NCBI GenBank assembly: GCA_011109175.1
Contig: RDEW01000154.1
Location: 1 to 34,100 of the forward strand
Source of the DNA: Dicyema japonicum
Lineage: Eukaryota > Animalia > Dicyemida
DNA: 34,100 nt
Reading direction: 5' to 3'
Shown: in pieces, positions 1-12,230 of the stretch
How positions within the stretch are numbered: the stretch's first letter is position 1
Layout of the letters: each line of letters starts with the position of its first letter
Made by a program: the position numbers and the translations under genes
Notes under the pieces: generated by a model
Database searches by the model: none
What the model saw: the letters and a program-made list of their open reading frames with translations, nothing else
What the model was told of the DNA's origin: nothing

Positions 1-606
1 GGACAGGGACCGGTAATCTTTGTCCAAAAGGTAAGTGGTTATTCGTTTTAAACATTCCATTGAAGAAGTCTGCAATGAGGGTATGTAGGTTTTCACTTCC
101 ATACTTTGGTAGCCCTAGTTCTAGCTTGTCTGGTCCCGGACTTTTGTTGTTTTCAAGCTTAAAACAGGCTTGTCGCACTTCTGCGAGAGTTATTTCCACT
201 TTCAATTTCCTGGAATGAACAGTGAATGCTGCAATTCTGTTGCTGTCTGACTTAAACAATTTCTTTAAGTAACGGAGAATTAATTCTGTAGCTTCTGCAG
301 AGTCTATCCATCTGCCATTTTCGTCGTTAATGATTAGAGGTTGTCTGCGTTTGCGCCCACGGAGTATTCTGATCGCCTCATAGTACCTTCCATTGTCCTT
401 CAGATCTTATTATTTTTTTCTCCTGTTATGTGTATCGTGTGGGCATTTGGTATTTTTCTTCTTGGTTAGGTGTCTATTCAGTGGCATTGTGACGGTGATC
501 ATTTTGTGGTCACTGTCAATATTCGACCTGCCATATGACCTTGCATTGGTGAAAAGAGTTTTATCTTGACTCGACAGATTATGTAGTCAATCTGATTGTA
601 GATGGC
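1..606 (-). mobile_element. RTE-like APE non-LTR retrotransposon remnant (endonuclease C-terminus, linker, RT N-terminus)
   Basis: Minus-strand translation gives YNQIDYIICR, then with a frameshift SYGRSNIDSDHKMI (APE C-terminal motifs), and later ITLAEVRQACFKLENNKSPGPD (RT N-terminal motif). Stops and frameshifts are present. Confidence 0.75.
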
Positions 607-1062
607 TCCCAATGATTCGGTCGCAACAGGAGTAAATCGGTAGCGGTCCCCGAGGCAAGAATATTTCTTAAGTTTTAGGTTCTCCGCAGTCGAAGGAGCT
701 GCTCCAGGTGTCTGAACCGATTTGAAAATGTTCGTGCTTGAAAACATGTCTACACAAGTTGCGTCCCAGACCAAAGATCTTCCAGACGTGAAGGGGAAAA
801 GGGCCATCCCGTCAGGTCTCTTTCCATCTCCTCGATCAAGACCCACTGGTTCAAGCTGTGCTGGGAAGCCTGTAGCCTTCAGAGCTCTAACGATCACATC
901 GTTCAGAGCAACATGATGTGGTCCTCTTCCGGCGCTTCTTCTACAGGACAGCGGGTGCAATCCCTTCGCATCGACTGTTTTCCCGCATCGGCATCGGTGC
1001 TCCTGGCAAACGTCTAGTCCCAGCCTTTGTCCGATTCCAATCCTCAAATAATCGTCGTCCAA
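607..1062 (-). mobile_element. CRE-clade non-LTR retrotransposon fragment: CCHC zinc finger plus restriction-like endonuclease
   Basis: CRCGKTVDAKGLHPLSC...LEPVGLDRGDGKRPDG...LVWDATCVD...KLKKY...FTPVATESLG are typical CRE RLE motifs. Confidence 0.85.
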
Positions 1063-1167
1063 AAATAATATATTAAAAATTAAAAAAATTAAAGATATTA
1101 AATATTTAAAAAATTAATAATTTAAATCGTATATTATTCAAAATCAAAAAATCGAATTTTTACTTAG

Positions 1168-1336
1168 TCCGGCATGCGGGAAGGTGGCCCTGCAAATACA
1201 GTCAGCCGCCCTGTACGAGCTTGTGTGGGTACGAGGAAGGAGCACCGGGAAAGAATGAGGATTTTGGCGGAGCGCATCGGGATCACGTGATAGTTAGTTT
1301 TGGTTTTACCGTGGTCTTGGGTGTTAAATAAATAAA
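1168..1336 (+). mobile_element. 5'-truncated LINE 3' end, same family as 2640-3210
   Basis: Close nucleotide match to 3046-3207; ORF ends ...ERIGIT* and is followed by the conserved 3' UTR and an A-rich tail. Confidence 0.75.
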
Positions 1337-2639
1337 TTAAACAAGCTTATGACTTTGGCTTGACATTATGGCACCGGCGGACGCGATGGCATGCGACAGT
1401 AAATTATAGGAAGAGAAAACTGGGATGTCTAAAGTGAACTACCCATTCTCTTAATTGTGGAAAGTAAAAGTAGTTGGTCTAATGGTCCGGTGAATTGATC
1501 AAAGTAAATGAGGTTACACAAAATATAAATAGTCAGTTAAGTAACCCCGGTCTCATTAATATGTAGAAGATCGCTGGCTATTAAGTAGGGCGCTGCCAAT
1601 GCCGGTGGCTGCCATAGATCGGACAGTCTTGGCATTGTAGAAGAACATTTTACAAACTCGGGACATTCAAAAAGGGTGATTTGCTGTCAACTCAGAGAGG
1701 TTACAAAAGGAACAGAAGATAAACTTTTTGATGAGTGTGAGTCCTTTTTTAGACGACCAGGTTCCGAAGTGAGATGTTCACTGATGACGGCGTCACTCTT
1801 TAAACCAAACAACGTAGATACGTAAGACCTCAGCCTGAATGTACAGCAGCGAGATTCGAACTAGAAGCCATCAGGCCTTCTGCCTGACACTCTTTACTTA
1901 CCCTTAGTAAGTAATGTTGATGTGTCAGTAAGATGATATGTAATGTTATGTTGCTGTGTCAGTAAAGATTGATATGTTTATTCACGAATCCCCAGGAAAA
2001 CCTCATTAGCGTGGTACCATAAAACTTGACTTTTAACTTCCTGAGCAATTCTAACTTGTGTATACAATGTAAGATTAAATAATCGTGGTCATTGAGATTT
2101 ATGTGATATTATTTAGTGACAAGCAAGAATTTGAGCGACCAGTCATCATTCATCGTGCGATTTTTGGGTCATTCGATCGGAAGTTTGCCATTCTGTGTGA
2201 AAGTTATAATGGAACTTGATTTTGGTGGTAAAACTATGATAGGCTCTTTCCAATGCATTGTTATCTCGGTTGGAGAGTCATCTAATGATTATGCTAGTCA
2301 GGTTGAGTTATGGTGGGCATATTTAGGCTTAGCAGAAATTTAGGAATGAAGGGTTCAACCGTTATTTGGATTATTATTGAGATGATAATTATAATTATAC
2401 AGCCAGTTTGTATTTTATTGATTTTAGGGGGTAGACAAAGGTGTAATGGAACAGTTGTTTAGAGATGTAAGGATTATGGTGAAAGGCTTAATGTTTGTAT
2501 TAATGATGTGATTGATAAATTTGAAAGGATTAATAAAATTTGTGATTAGTGTATTTTTTAATATTATTAAATAATAAATAAAATATTACAGTTCTCTCGC
2601 ATCATGGTTCTGTGTTTATATTAAAGAGTCGCATTTATC

Positions 2640-3210
2640 TTCGGACAAAAGGTTGGGGACGAAGACTGTCACCTTAAGATTGGACAACGTTGAAATCACC
2701 TTCAGCAAATGTCAGAAGATCCTGGGCGTGACACTGGATACGAACTTATGTTGGTCACCACACGTGGCAAACATTGTTCTGAAGTGCGAGAAGAAAATCA
2801 ATCTATTGAAATGTTTATCCGGAATATGGAAGACCGGTACCCACCGGGTCTTGATGAATATTTACAAACAATACATTGAACTATGCTTCTGGTACGCTTG
2901 TGCTTGGTGAAGACCTTCATTATCATGGACTAATATTAAGAAAATCGAGGACGTACAAAAGAAGGCTTTCAGAGTCACGGAGCGGTGGACTTGTTGGAGA
3001 CACAGAACCGGACCGACTACTCTGGAGGCTTTCATAAAACTAAACTCCGGCATGCGGGAAGGTGGCTCTGCAAATACAGTCAGCCTCCCAGTACGAGCTT
3101 GTGTGGGTACGAAGGAGGAGCACCAGGAAAGGATGAGGATTTTGGTGGAACGCATCGGGATCACGTGATGGTTAGTTTGGTTTTACCGTGGTCTTGGGTG
3201 TTAAATAAAA
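2640..3210 (+). mobile_element. 5'-truncated APE-type LINE: RT C-terminus/thumb, short 3' UTR and A-rich tail
   Basis: KILGVTLDTNLCWSPHVANIVLKCEKKINLLK...LMNIYKQYI...YACAW, ending RACVGTKEEHQERMRILVERIGIT*, then ttaccgtggtcttgggtgttaaataaaa. Confidence 0.85.
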
Positions 3211-3476
3211 ATTTATCTGTGGGGTCGATTACCACTCCGATACATATATGTCATACAACTCGAGGGTTTTCCAAAATGGCGGATAGAAGAATAATATTTA
3301 GAAATAATACGTCTACTTTGAACTTGGGGAACTGGATAAAACCTATTTCAGGTATATATGGGATTATCAAAAAATGTGGAGCGTTAAAGCAATATGCCTA
3401 TGTGTGGGGACATAATGAGGTATTGCAATATCCGCTTATTTTAGTAACAAGAAAGGTCCATCACATTCTAGAATAT

Positions 3477-4093
3477 TCATTGAGTGCATTTTGTTGTTTG
3501 TGAATACATAAGAGTTGATAGAGTTGTATATATCAATCAAGACTTCTTTTGCTTTACATCTTTATAAACACAAAAAATTAATCAAAAATGATTCCCGCCG
3601 ACATAATCGACGTTGAGTTTCCTCAGCAATTGAATAGAGATCACTTACTTTTGGAATGAAATGGTAAAAAGCTTCAGTGCATGACTGGTATACTTTACCC
3701 CCACGTGTGTTCAATAATAGTGGNTTCATTGAGTGCATTTTGTTGTTTGTGAATACATAAGAGTTGATAGAGTTGTATATATCAATCAAGACTTCTTTTG
3801 CTTTACATCTTTATAAACACAAAAAAAATCAATCAAAAATGACTCCGCCGACATAATCGACGTTGAGTTTCCTCAGCGATTGCAATAGAGATCACTTACT
3901 TTTGGAATAAAGTGGTAAAAAGCTTTAATGCATGACTGGTCTACCATACCCCACGTGTGTTCAATAACCGACATAATCGACGTTGAGTTTCCTCAGCGAT
4001 TGCAATAGAGATCACTTACTTTTGGAATAAAGTGGTAAAAAGCTTTAATGCATGACTGGTCTACCATACCCCACGTGTGTTCAATAATAGTGG
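3477..4093. repeat. Local tandem duplication (about 245 bp x2 plus about 125 bp partial copy)
   Basis: 3477-3723 is repeated at 3725-3967 across a single n at 3724; the 3' part is repeated again at 3968-4093. Confidence 0.9.
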
Positions 4094-4340
4094 CAAACGA
4101 CTCGACGATTTTCCGGACTTTCTAAGAGCTTAGTTTTTATGGACTTAACAGAGCTTAGTTTTTGGAAGTAGTGAAGTAGCGGTCATGACTAGACTGGTCT
4201 CTCCCGGATAACAGTTTTAAAATGTAATGGCTGATGGCCTAAAGCTTGACTGGACCACGTGTGCACAGTACGGGATATTGACCCAACGATTTTCTTGAGT
4301 CTTCGGACCTTAATTTTTTGAGTTTTGGTTACATATGGTG
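3590..4340 (-). mobile_element. Degenerate CRE-clade 3' end
   Basis: Minus strand gives RPSAITF, SLVMTATSLLP, PLLLNTRG and VISIAIA-GNSTSIMSA, which match ISVAIVRGNATSIMSA of the CRE copy at 29247-29591. Confidence 0.55.
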
Positions 4341-4389
4341 GATCCAATAGCTCTTCTATCGGGTAAGTTGTGAGAGAACCTTATACTAA

Positions 4390-6520
4390 AAAACTGAAAA
4401 ACTTTATTACAAAACCGGATTAGGAGTTAGGTATAGGGGCTTTATCTAATCCGCATTTCAGCCTGGACACTTCAGACGACCCCCATCTCCATCAATAGTA
4501 TGCGTCTTTACGTAGGGATCCATAAATCCTGTTTTCCTCTATTTTCTCCATTGGAGCAAGCATCTTGTTTTTTTCGGTGCTTAAGACGTCGCCTAGTCTT
4601 TCCCCAGGGCTAACTTCATGGCAGATTTTCTAGACTTCTCCAACAGTGATTATTTCCTTTCCTTCTTAGTGGATAGATACCATGTTTCCACCCATACAAT
4701 AGCTTCGGTAGGATTATCCTCGTGAAGAGGAAGATTTCCGTATTGACAGCCAACTTGCGCGTGCAGAAGATCTTCTGACGAGCAGCAAGGCCTCTTGGCC
4801 TTCTTTGAACATACTCATGCTAACGTGGTCATGGCCTGGAGCATTTGCTGTGCATATTCTGATTGCATCCATGACATCCTCGAGGGTGATTCTTATCTCG
4901 TCATTCTTGAGGTCGTTCAGAGAATAGTTACAAAGTTCTTGCGATGCCTCCATCACTTCACTGGGATCAACAACATTGGGTTGACTCCTGGATTTGGTCT
5001 AATTGTCTTTTGAAGATTACCGGAGCTTCTCCTGCAGAGTGCGATCCCCTCCAGGTTGTTCAAGACGATCTTCCTTTCTTCGTTCCTTTGGCCAGTTAAT
5101 TTTTTGTAGATTCTCCAGGGATCTTTGGCGTCTACCTTTTCCGGTTCCTTGTGAGGTAATTCCGGTAATGTTCCCAGTCAATTCGCGAAATGCCATATTT
5201 TATGAACACGTCTTCTGTGACATCTGGAGATAGATGTAGAACCAGTTCCTGCAGTATATGACCACTGCCTATGTCCCACATAGTCCTGGTCTATCCACAT
5301 GGTTTTAAAGTGATGGTGATATAAGGAACACACCAAGCATGTCTCCTCCATGGTGAGAGAAATTGTCGGGCTCATCCGATGTCATGATCTCGAATCCAGC
5401 TCTCTAAGCCAAAATTTTTTGTCTTCGTCCATCCCCATTAGTTTTATAACATCCGTAACTCACGTTCTTGGCGTCTATGTCGTCCACCAGAATTGACATT
5501 TCATTTTTTTCAAAAATTCTATTATCTGTGCAGAACAGTTTCTGATATCCTTTGAATATAAACTCCGATCCTTATCCACGAGCCACAGCAACGCATCTCA
5601 ATGGACATGAGTTCGCATTGTGTGGCCGAGATGATATTCGGGTTCCGTGCTTGAAGGTCCTCATGGCATGGGTGGTTCCCGCACCAACCACAGCGCTTTC
5701 CGCCCAGAATATTTCTATAGAGTTGAATCCTTCCATTTTATAGTGTTGGTATTTTTTACATTTGTCTCGTTGACCACCAGAACGTCAATATTGGTGGCTG
5801 GCAAAAGTAGTGTCAGATCATGATGCCTTTTACTCAGTGATCGGGCATTAACCGACACTATCTTCATACCTTTCTTAAATCCACACTAAGGATTTTTCTC
5901 AGTTCTTTTAGCTTCTAATATCACAGGGGACCCTCCATATCTGGTTCCGTGCTTAGGAGATCCACATTTGACAAAATTTGTTTTTGATCTTGGATCTACC
6001 TTGAATTCGGAGATATCGTGTTTCCCTGCACATCGGAAACACTTATCCTTACCCGATTTGCGTCAGCGAACATCACGAACTTAACATCACGAACTTGGAT
6101 GTAAAACTCATCTATAGCATCTTTTTAATATGATATTCCGTTTTTGAACATATTTCCAATTTTCCGAAACCCACTAAACTTTGTCCTTTTTATTCATCTG
6201 GTCGATAATCGCCTGTAAAACTCATCTATAGCATCTTTTTAATATGATATTCCGTTTTTGAACATATTTCCAATTTTCCGAAACCCACTAAACTTTGTCC
6301 TTCTTATTCATTGGTCGATAATCGCCTGGAAAGATATGATATTTGACCGACTCTCCAGTTGAGAAATTAGATTAGGGAGTCTGGCACCAATTTCTTGTAC
6401 CCCGAACAGCCCTTGGGCCACTTCTACTGCGTTATCATTGTTTTGTCCATCCGGCTCAATAGCATGCAGGTCTGTAGGTAATGTCCCATTCTGATTAATT
6501 GAAACAAACGGTTTCACAAG
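4390..6520 (-). mobile_element. Internally deleted LINE: decayed ORF1 with zinc knuckles, APE endonuclease, RT N-terminus fused to thumb
   Basis: CFRCAGKH near 6040; MKIVSVNARSL...DVLVVNET from 5867; IDWEHY; ITLEDVMDAIRICTANAPGHDHV directly followed by IILPKLLYG and ETWYL-like thumb sequence. Confidence 0.8.
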
Positions 6521-6603
6521 AAATAATTATATTAATAATAAAATAAATAAACAGTGATTTAGTTAGCTAATTTTAAAATAATGTATGCAATCCTAACTAA
6601 AAT

Positions 6604-6960
6604 TATACTTAAAATACATCTGCTCTCATCTGAAGGACCTAACAGTAGAAATTTCGTGGGATCACACAGAGAATATAATAAACGAAGCAGCTTATACTTA
6701 AAATACATCTGCTCTCATCTGAAGGACCTAACAGTAGAAATTTCGTGGGATCACACAGAGAATATAATAAACGAAGCAGCAAGCCAGTACCTCGTCACGC
6801 GGGAGATTGCCAGAATGGGTCGGACGATACATACAGAACTAGCAAAGGAATTAAAAGAAATCCAAGCTCTCGTTGGAGACTCTTTGGACATGTCCTGAGG
6901 TTGGTCCCGATATTTCTGCATCAGATCCAACTTCAGCAGAATACCCAGCAATAGAGTCTC
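6604..6960 (+). mobile_element. LINE ORF2 linker fragment with an 88-bp local duplication
   Basis: EISWDHTENII resembles EIVWDH at about 10320 and the post-APE DW motif; 6604-6691 is duplicated at 6693-6780. Confidence 0.4.
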
Positions 6961-6989
6961 ACTCAGAATGAATACGTTACTTAGTTTAC

Positions 6990-7810
6990 TACCAATTTTT
7001 GGGTAACCAGAAAATTCATCTAAAATGATTCATTCGAATAATGATTCATTCAAATTTTGTTCTTTTTTCAGACACTCGATAAATTTCCATATATTAGGGT
7101 GGTGCGATCTAACTTGTGTTTGAAAGGATCTATGCCAACCTTTAAAAATATTAATATAGAATCATTCCTACCTTCTACGGAATTATTTGTCTTCTGCAAG
7201 AATATAGTTATACACATTCCACATTTTTAGTGAAAAATGAGGTGGACGACGAATATTATTGATAACTAGACGGCCTATGTTTTAAATATATAAAATTTAA
7301 ACCTATCCAAGTGTCTTCAAAGTATTAGACAAACATGACGATTTATACGATTTGTTAATTAGACGAATTGATATTAGATGAATTGTTAATTAGACGAATT
7401 GTTTAGAAGAATTAACCGTGAACCCTATTTTTGAGCTGAGATGTACAACCAGTTTATATTCCTCGATCTCCAATGAACATAATTCTAAAAAATTTGACAA
7501 AACCGCGTACCCATTGCTTCTAATTTCATAAGCTCAGCGTATTTATTTGGGAGAGAAACTGATTGCTCATTTAATGCTTGTGATAAATTTTTTTCAATTC
7601 AGATCAATTTTGCAAATTAGACCTATTTTTGTAATTTTTCTATCATTGAATAACTAGTTTCATTCAAACAAGTGACTTTGACATTTCCAATATACAGAGG
7701 TACTTACATGGATTGTATTCCCTCAGCACTCTTACTGAACCACATACATTAGTAGAAAGTTTTAAATTTGTATCATATAAGATTTTTATGAAACCATTTA
7801 GCAGTTATGA
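6990..7810 (-). mobile_element. MULE (Mutator-like) transposase remnant with two short introns
   Basis: Removing GT-AG introns 7275-7302 and 7140-7171 gives YFEDTWIGRLVINNIRRPPHFSLKMWNVY and, after a frameshift, TNNSVEGWHRSFQTQVRSHHPNIWKFIECLKKEQ. Confidence 0.72.
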
Positions 7811-8479
7811 ATCATNAATTTTTCTATCATTGAATAATTAGTTTCATTCAAACAAGTGACTTTGACATTTCCAATATACAGAGGTACTTACATGGATTGT
7901 ATTCCCTCAGCACTCTTACTGAACCACATACATTAGTAGAAGGTTTTAAATTTGTATCATATAAGATTTTTTATGAAACCATTTAGCAGTTATGAATCAT
8001 ATGCACTCTGTATGCTTGTGGGATCACGCGCAGTCTCTTAATTACGTAAGATAGTTAGTCCCGTCACTGACCCGGAAAAATTCTGTAGAATTTTGGTAGT
8101 CTTGGAGTGAAATCTTCATTATCAACAAACATGGAAGATTTGAGATATCTAAGTAATTTTCGAAATATAAAATTGTGTTAATTCAGAATATTCAAGTAAG
8201 CAGCACTTATCCTTATTGTTACCATAATTGAAAGCAATTACCATTTTTCTGCAGATAGTCCATAAAGTCCCTTAAATTAGCCCAAAATTGTTCCTGAACT
8301 ATTTTTGGCTAATTTAAAAAAAAATTTTTGGGAATTAAAAAAATATATTTAAAATGGGGCACGTAATGCCCCAATTAAAGGTTTTCCCAAAATAGAGGTT
8401 TGCCATATAGCTCGATAAATAAACAAAAAGGACATTATTTTTTATGTAATCAGTAATTTTCTCTCCATATTCATTTTTT

Positions 8480-9240
8480 ATTCCTATCACACTTTTTTTC
8501 TGAATTCATAAAAATTATGAAGATAGTCTGGAGTCAATAATGTTTGCCTGTAGGTTTTTCATCAAAATTAAAGTTTTTGACATTGATAGGTTCACAGTCT
8601 ATATTCTCATCGAGATCTTCTTCAATTTCAAATTCATCAATAACATTATTAAATATTTTTCGGATGATTCATTTATGCAATTTAAGTGAGAGAGATTGTA
8701 GAAAAAAATTTTTGCCAGCTGTTAGAAATAATTTCAGCAGATAGTCCATGCATATGAGATTATAGTTACCAATTGCCGAAAATTTAATTTGGATAGAGAT
8801 TCGATAAACAAATTCTGATCGTATTGAAAACATAAGAAATCGATTAGACAGTTTAAATAATTATCTTTGAAATTTATAATGAATCGAGCATCCAATGGTT
8901 GAGGAAATGTCGTATTTTTTGGCAGAAATACAAGTTAATATTACTAAACGTTGATGTTTTGTGGCAGGCAGCGTTATCCAATAACATTAAGATTTTTTTG
9001 AAAATCAATTTTTCATTAATTTTTTAAAGCCGGGATGAAAAAATCAATGCAAAAAATTTGAAATGAAACGTGACTTTTAAAATATTTATTTTTTAAATCG
9101 GTTTAATAAAATCATACAATTAATTTTTTATAATAAAAAATAAATGCTCTAAAATAAAGTGCTAAATTTAATTTTCTTCAATTTCTTGGACGAATGCCCA
9201 AAAAATTGTGGCAACCCAAAAAACAGCCTTTTCCGTGATA
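8480..9240 (-). mobile_element. pogo/Tigger (DDE_1) transposase remnant
   Basis: KILMLLDNAACHK, VFLPKNTTFPQPLDARFIINFK and AW..SAEIISNSWQK motifs, with frameshifts; acidic C-terminal tail. Confidence 0.72.
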
Positions 9241-9244
9241 GAAA

Positions 9245-9475
9245 ACTGGATCAAAGGCGATCTAAATTCTACACCTACACCCTTGGAAGACCTTATAAGA
9301 AGAAAAGGAGGCTAAACTTAACGATACCAGAAGAGCANATAAGAAGAAAAGGAGGCTAAACCTAACGATACCAGAAGAGCAAGACCACCGGGCCAAGCTA
9401 AGAGCTCTATTGAAATTCGCCGGGATCACATTATTTCTTGTTTTTATCTTTAACTGTGGTCTTTGGAAATAAATT
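9245..9475 (+). mobile_element. LINE 3' end, diverged subfamily
   Basis: EQDHRAKLRALLKFAGIT resembles KEEHQERMRILVERIGIT; the 3' UTR contains taactgtggtctttgg and ends aataaa. Confidence 0.55.
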
Positions 9476-9539
9476 TCAATTTGTCATACTTTTGGTAGAA
9501 AATGTATAGAGCGCCTCAAAACGGAGTTTTCCCCAATAA

Positions 9540-9589
9540 TAGAGGTGCCCCACCCCGGAGGTGCGTCCCAAATAGAGGTCGGACTATAT
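9540..9589 (-). repeat. Probable terminal sequence of a Tc1/pogo-type element
   Basis: Minus strand starts TA-TAGTCCGACCTCTATTTGGG upstream of the pogo transposase remnant; no matching opposite end was found. Confidence 0.35.
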
Positions 9590-9829
9590 TACCTTGAAAA
9601 CAATAGTACGATAAGGAAAATAGCCAATTATCAAGATTTATGAATATCTCAAAAATATAATCAAGTAAAAATGTTAAGCACCATTAAAAATTAATATACA
9701 AGAGAAAGATCATCTGATTCACCATAATATAAAGTGAAATTAGATTTATTTAAATTGTAGTCATAGATGATTCCTAACGAAAATTTGTTTTCTATAAATT
9801 TCCAAGTAGTCGTCATCTCATCGAATAAA

Positions 9830-10560
9830 CATTTAACTAATTTAGATAAGTCAAAAGATGACAAACATAGCACGGTTTTCTGGTGTCTTGACTTGCAAAG
9901 AAATCCAGAGCGAATAAAGTTAGTCAGTGAGCTGAGGAAGCCTGTTGTAAACCGATCTTTATTGAAACCATTCTGGATCGGTTTATCGGGAGTACTTTCA
10001 GTGATTTTTGCGAGGATGAGCTTTTCCAGAATTTTTGACATAGAGCAAAAGGGGGAAATATGAATGAAAGAAGCTAAGTCTTTTTTCGTTTTTCGGGCTT
10101 CAATCCTGGGCGGATGACTTCAAGTTTCCACATCGTTGGGATTAAGTTATAGTTAATCGACCATTTATATATTTTGGTTAGGGTACCGATTCCCTCATTG
10201 CCTAGGTTTTCAGTAGGATGATGGAAATTCCGTCTGGACCATGTGAATGTGTTACTTTTGTTTGGCTTAGAGATGAATTACCTCCTTTTCAGTGAAATAA
10301 GTTAATTGGTCTCTTCCGACCGTGATCCCACACAATTTCTATACGGACGGGATCTTTTTCCTCTTCTCTTCTGAAATTACTTCAAGTTGTCTCTATGATA
10401 GACTCGAGTGCTCTGGGGGCAATTTCTTTATCTGTATATTTTTCCAGTAATTTTATTGCTCTTGACTGGATCTCTTGAATATGGTTTTTATGTGAGATTT
10501 TCCCCTAGTATTTTATTAAGACGTTTAGGAAATCAATTATTTTAATGTGGAATAAAATAA
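9830..10560 (-). mobile_element. Degenerate LINE RT N-terminal half
   Basis: HGPDGISIILLK, PTMWKL, SMSKILEKLIL, IQNGF and SFDLSK, which breaks off just before the expected AFD. Confidence 0.7.
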
Positions 10561-10744
10561 ANCAATTTCTTTATCTGTATATTTTTCCAGTAATTTTATT
10601 GCTCTTGACTGGATCTCTTGAATATGGTTTTTATGTGAGATTTTCCCCTAGTATTTTATTAAGACGTTAGGAAATCAATTATTTAAATGTGGAATAAAAT
10701 AAAATTTTATTTAATTAATAAAAACACCATAATATTCATTTTTA

Positions 10745-11125
10745 GTGTGCGTCATAAGGTTCACTATTTCTGGTGGCGTCGGATATAATCATAAACTATA
10801 TCTAAAAAGAACCTTTTGCTCTTTACCAACCAGAGGACATCACACTGAAGGGTGTTCTTTCAATTTTGGAATATTTTATAGATTGAGACTGTTGACCTCA
10901 GGAGACGTGGAACAAAACCCATGCCCAAAGAAGTTAACAATCCAGAGCGTAGACATAAACGGGATAAGAGGAAAGATTGGCGAACCTTAAATACCTTGGA
11001 GAGGAACAGAGTAGATATCTGCCTTCTCCAGGAAACGAAGATTTTCAAAATACATTCCTGCTCCTCTCTTTAATGGACACAACACAATAAGATCCGACGT
11101 CCATCTGGCCAAAGAGGGGGTCTAC
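10745..11125 (+). mobile_element. 5' part of an APE-type LINE ORF with a 2A-like peptide
   Basis: LRLLTSGDVEQNPCP followed by KLTIQSVDINGIRGK and, after a frameshift, RNRVDICLLQETK (APE motifs I and II). Confidence 0.72.
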
Positions 11126-11929
11126 NGTGTGATACGATGAATATTTTTTGTGACGTTTTTTAATACAATCTTTATTACCTGTTATAAATGTTGAGATTTT
11201 TATCATTATTTACTTTTTTGACGACATGTAAAACGCTTGNTTGGAGATTGAAAGTTACTAATGGAGTTGAAAAAATATTGCAAACCTTCCACCCGAATGT
11301 CATTTGGGATGCCTTTTTGCAATTATTTCATTTTGATTGTGTGATACGATGAATATTTTTTGTGACGTTTTTTAATACAATCTTTATTACCTGTTATAAA
11401 TGTTGAGATTTTTTTCATTATTTACTTTTTTGACGACATGTAAAACGATTGTTTATTACTTCATCTTCCCAAATGTTCTACAGAGCATTATAGCATGTTT
11501 GCAATACAAGATTATATTTTTGCTATTGTCTTCGGTCACCAATACCAGATTACATTTGGGTACAGTATTGTCATTCATATTTTTCGTATTTCCGGAATGA
11601 AGATTTTTGCATGGACCAGAGACACAAAATTTTTTTTCTTTGCAACTTCGCTCCCAGACTTATTTTTTAATTTTTTTGTAAACGCGAATTTGAATACACG
11701 TCAATTACAGTGAGTAACAAAGAAGATTTATCATTATAACTCTTGAAACCACAAAATAAAAACATAGGAAATACCTTTTTAGTCGATAAGCTCGACTCGG
11801 AATTGTTATAAGTGCTTTAATACAAGGAATCCATTTGTCAACTTCGGAATAATATATTTTTATTATAAGTCTACAATTATGCACTAAATGAGCAAAACAT
11901 GGAATAGATAAGAAGCATTGCGAGTAACG

Positions 11930-12230
11930 ACCTACAGTTTCCCAGTCCTATTTATTGATAATTTAGCATTTTAATAGTTCTTTCAACAGATGCAGAGGTT
12001 GTCTGACACTGCGTAAGAGAAAAATGCCTTGTCAAAATGTAGTCTTGTGTATCATAATATGCCCGATTGATTGAGTAGTCACAACACTCCGAAAGTTAAT
12101 GAAGATCTATTATTTGCGAATTATTTCTGTTAATTGAAACTTAATATCCGGATTGTTGACATGTTTAGCATTTGATACTAAAACTCCATCTGACTGAAGT
12201 GCGTTAACAATTTCAAAAATTTATTATTAG
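11930..12230 (-). mobile_element. hAT-like DNA transposase C-terminal remnant
   Basis: QCQTTSASVERT resembles the TS..VERSFS motif of hAT-type C-termini; family assignment is by recognition only. Confidence 0.4.

Noticed and set aside
1560-1660. Helitron PIF1 helicase motif (MAATGIGSALL)
   Set aside because: Single weak motif; no Walker A or other helicase motifs nearby.
1844-1912. tRNA gene on the minus strand
   Set aside because: It has a B-box-like AGTTCGAATC and a 5-bp/7-nt arm, but the acceptor, D and T stems do not pair; at most a decayed tRNA-derived SINE head.
3477-11450. Adjacent near-identical duplications (3477-4093, 6104-6329, 6604-6780, 7633-8000, 9293-9383, 10424-10700, 11127-11450; also 33635-33976) as a biological tandem-repeat system
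   Set aside because: Most abut a single n (3724, 7816, 9338, 10562, 11126, 11240) and differ like alleles. This is the signature of overlapping contig ends or uncollapsed haplotypes, though real duplication cannot be excluded for those without an n.
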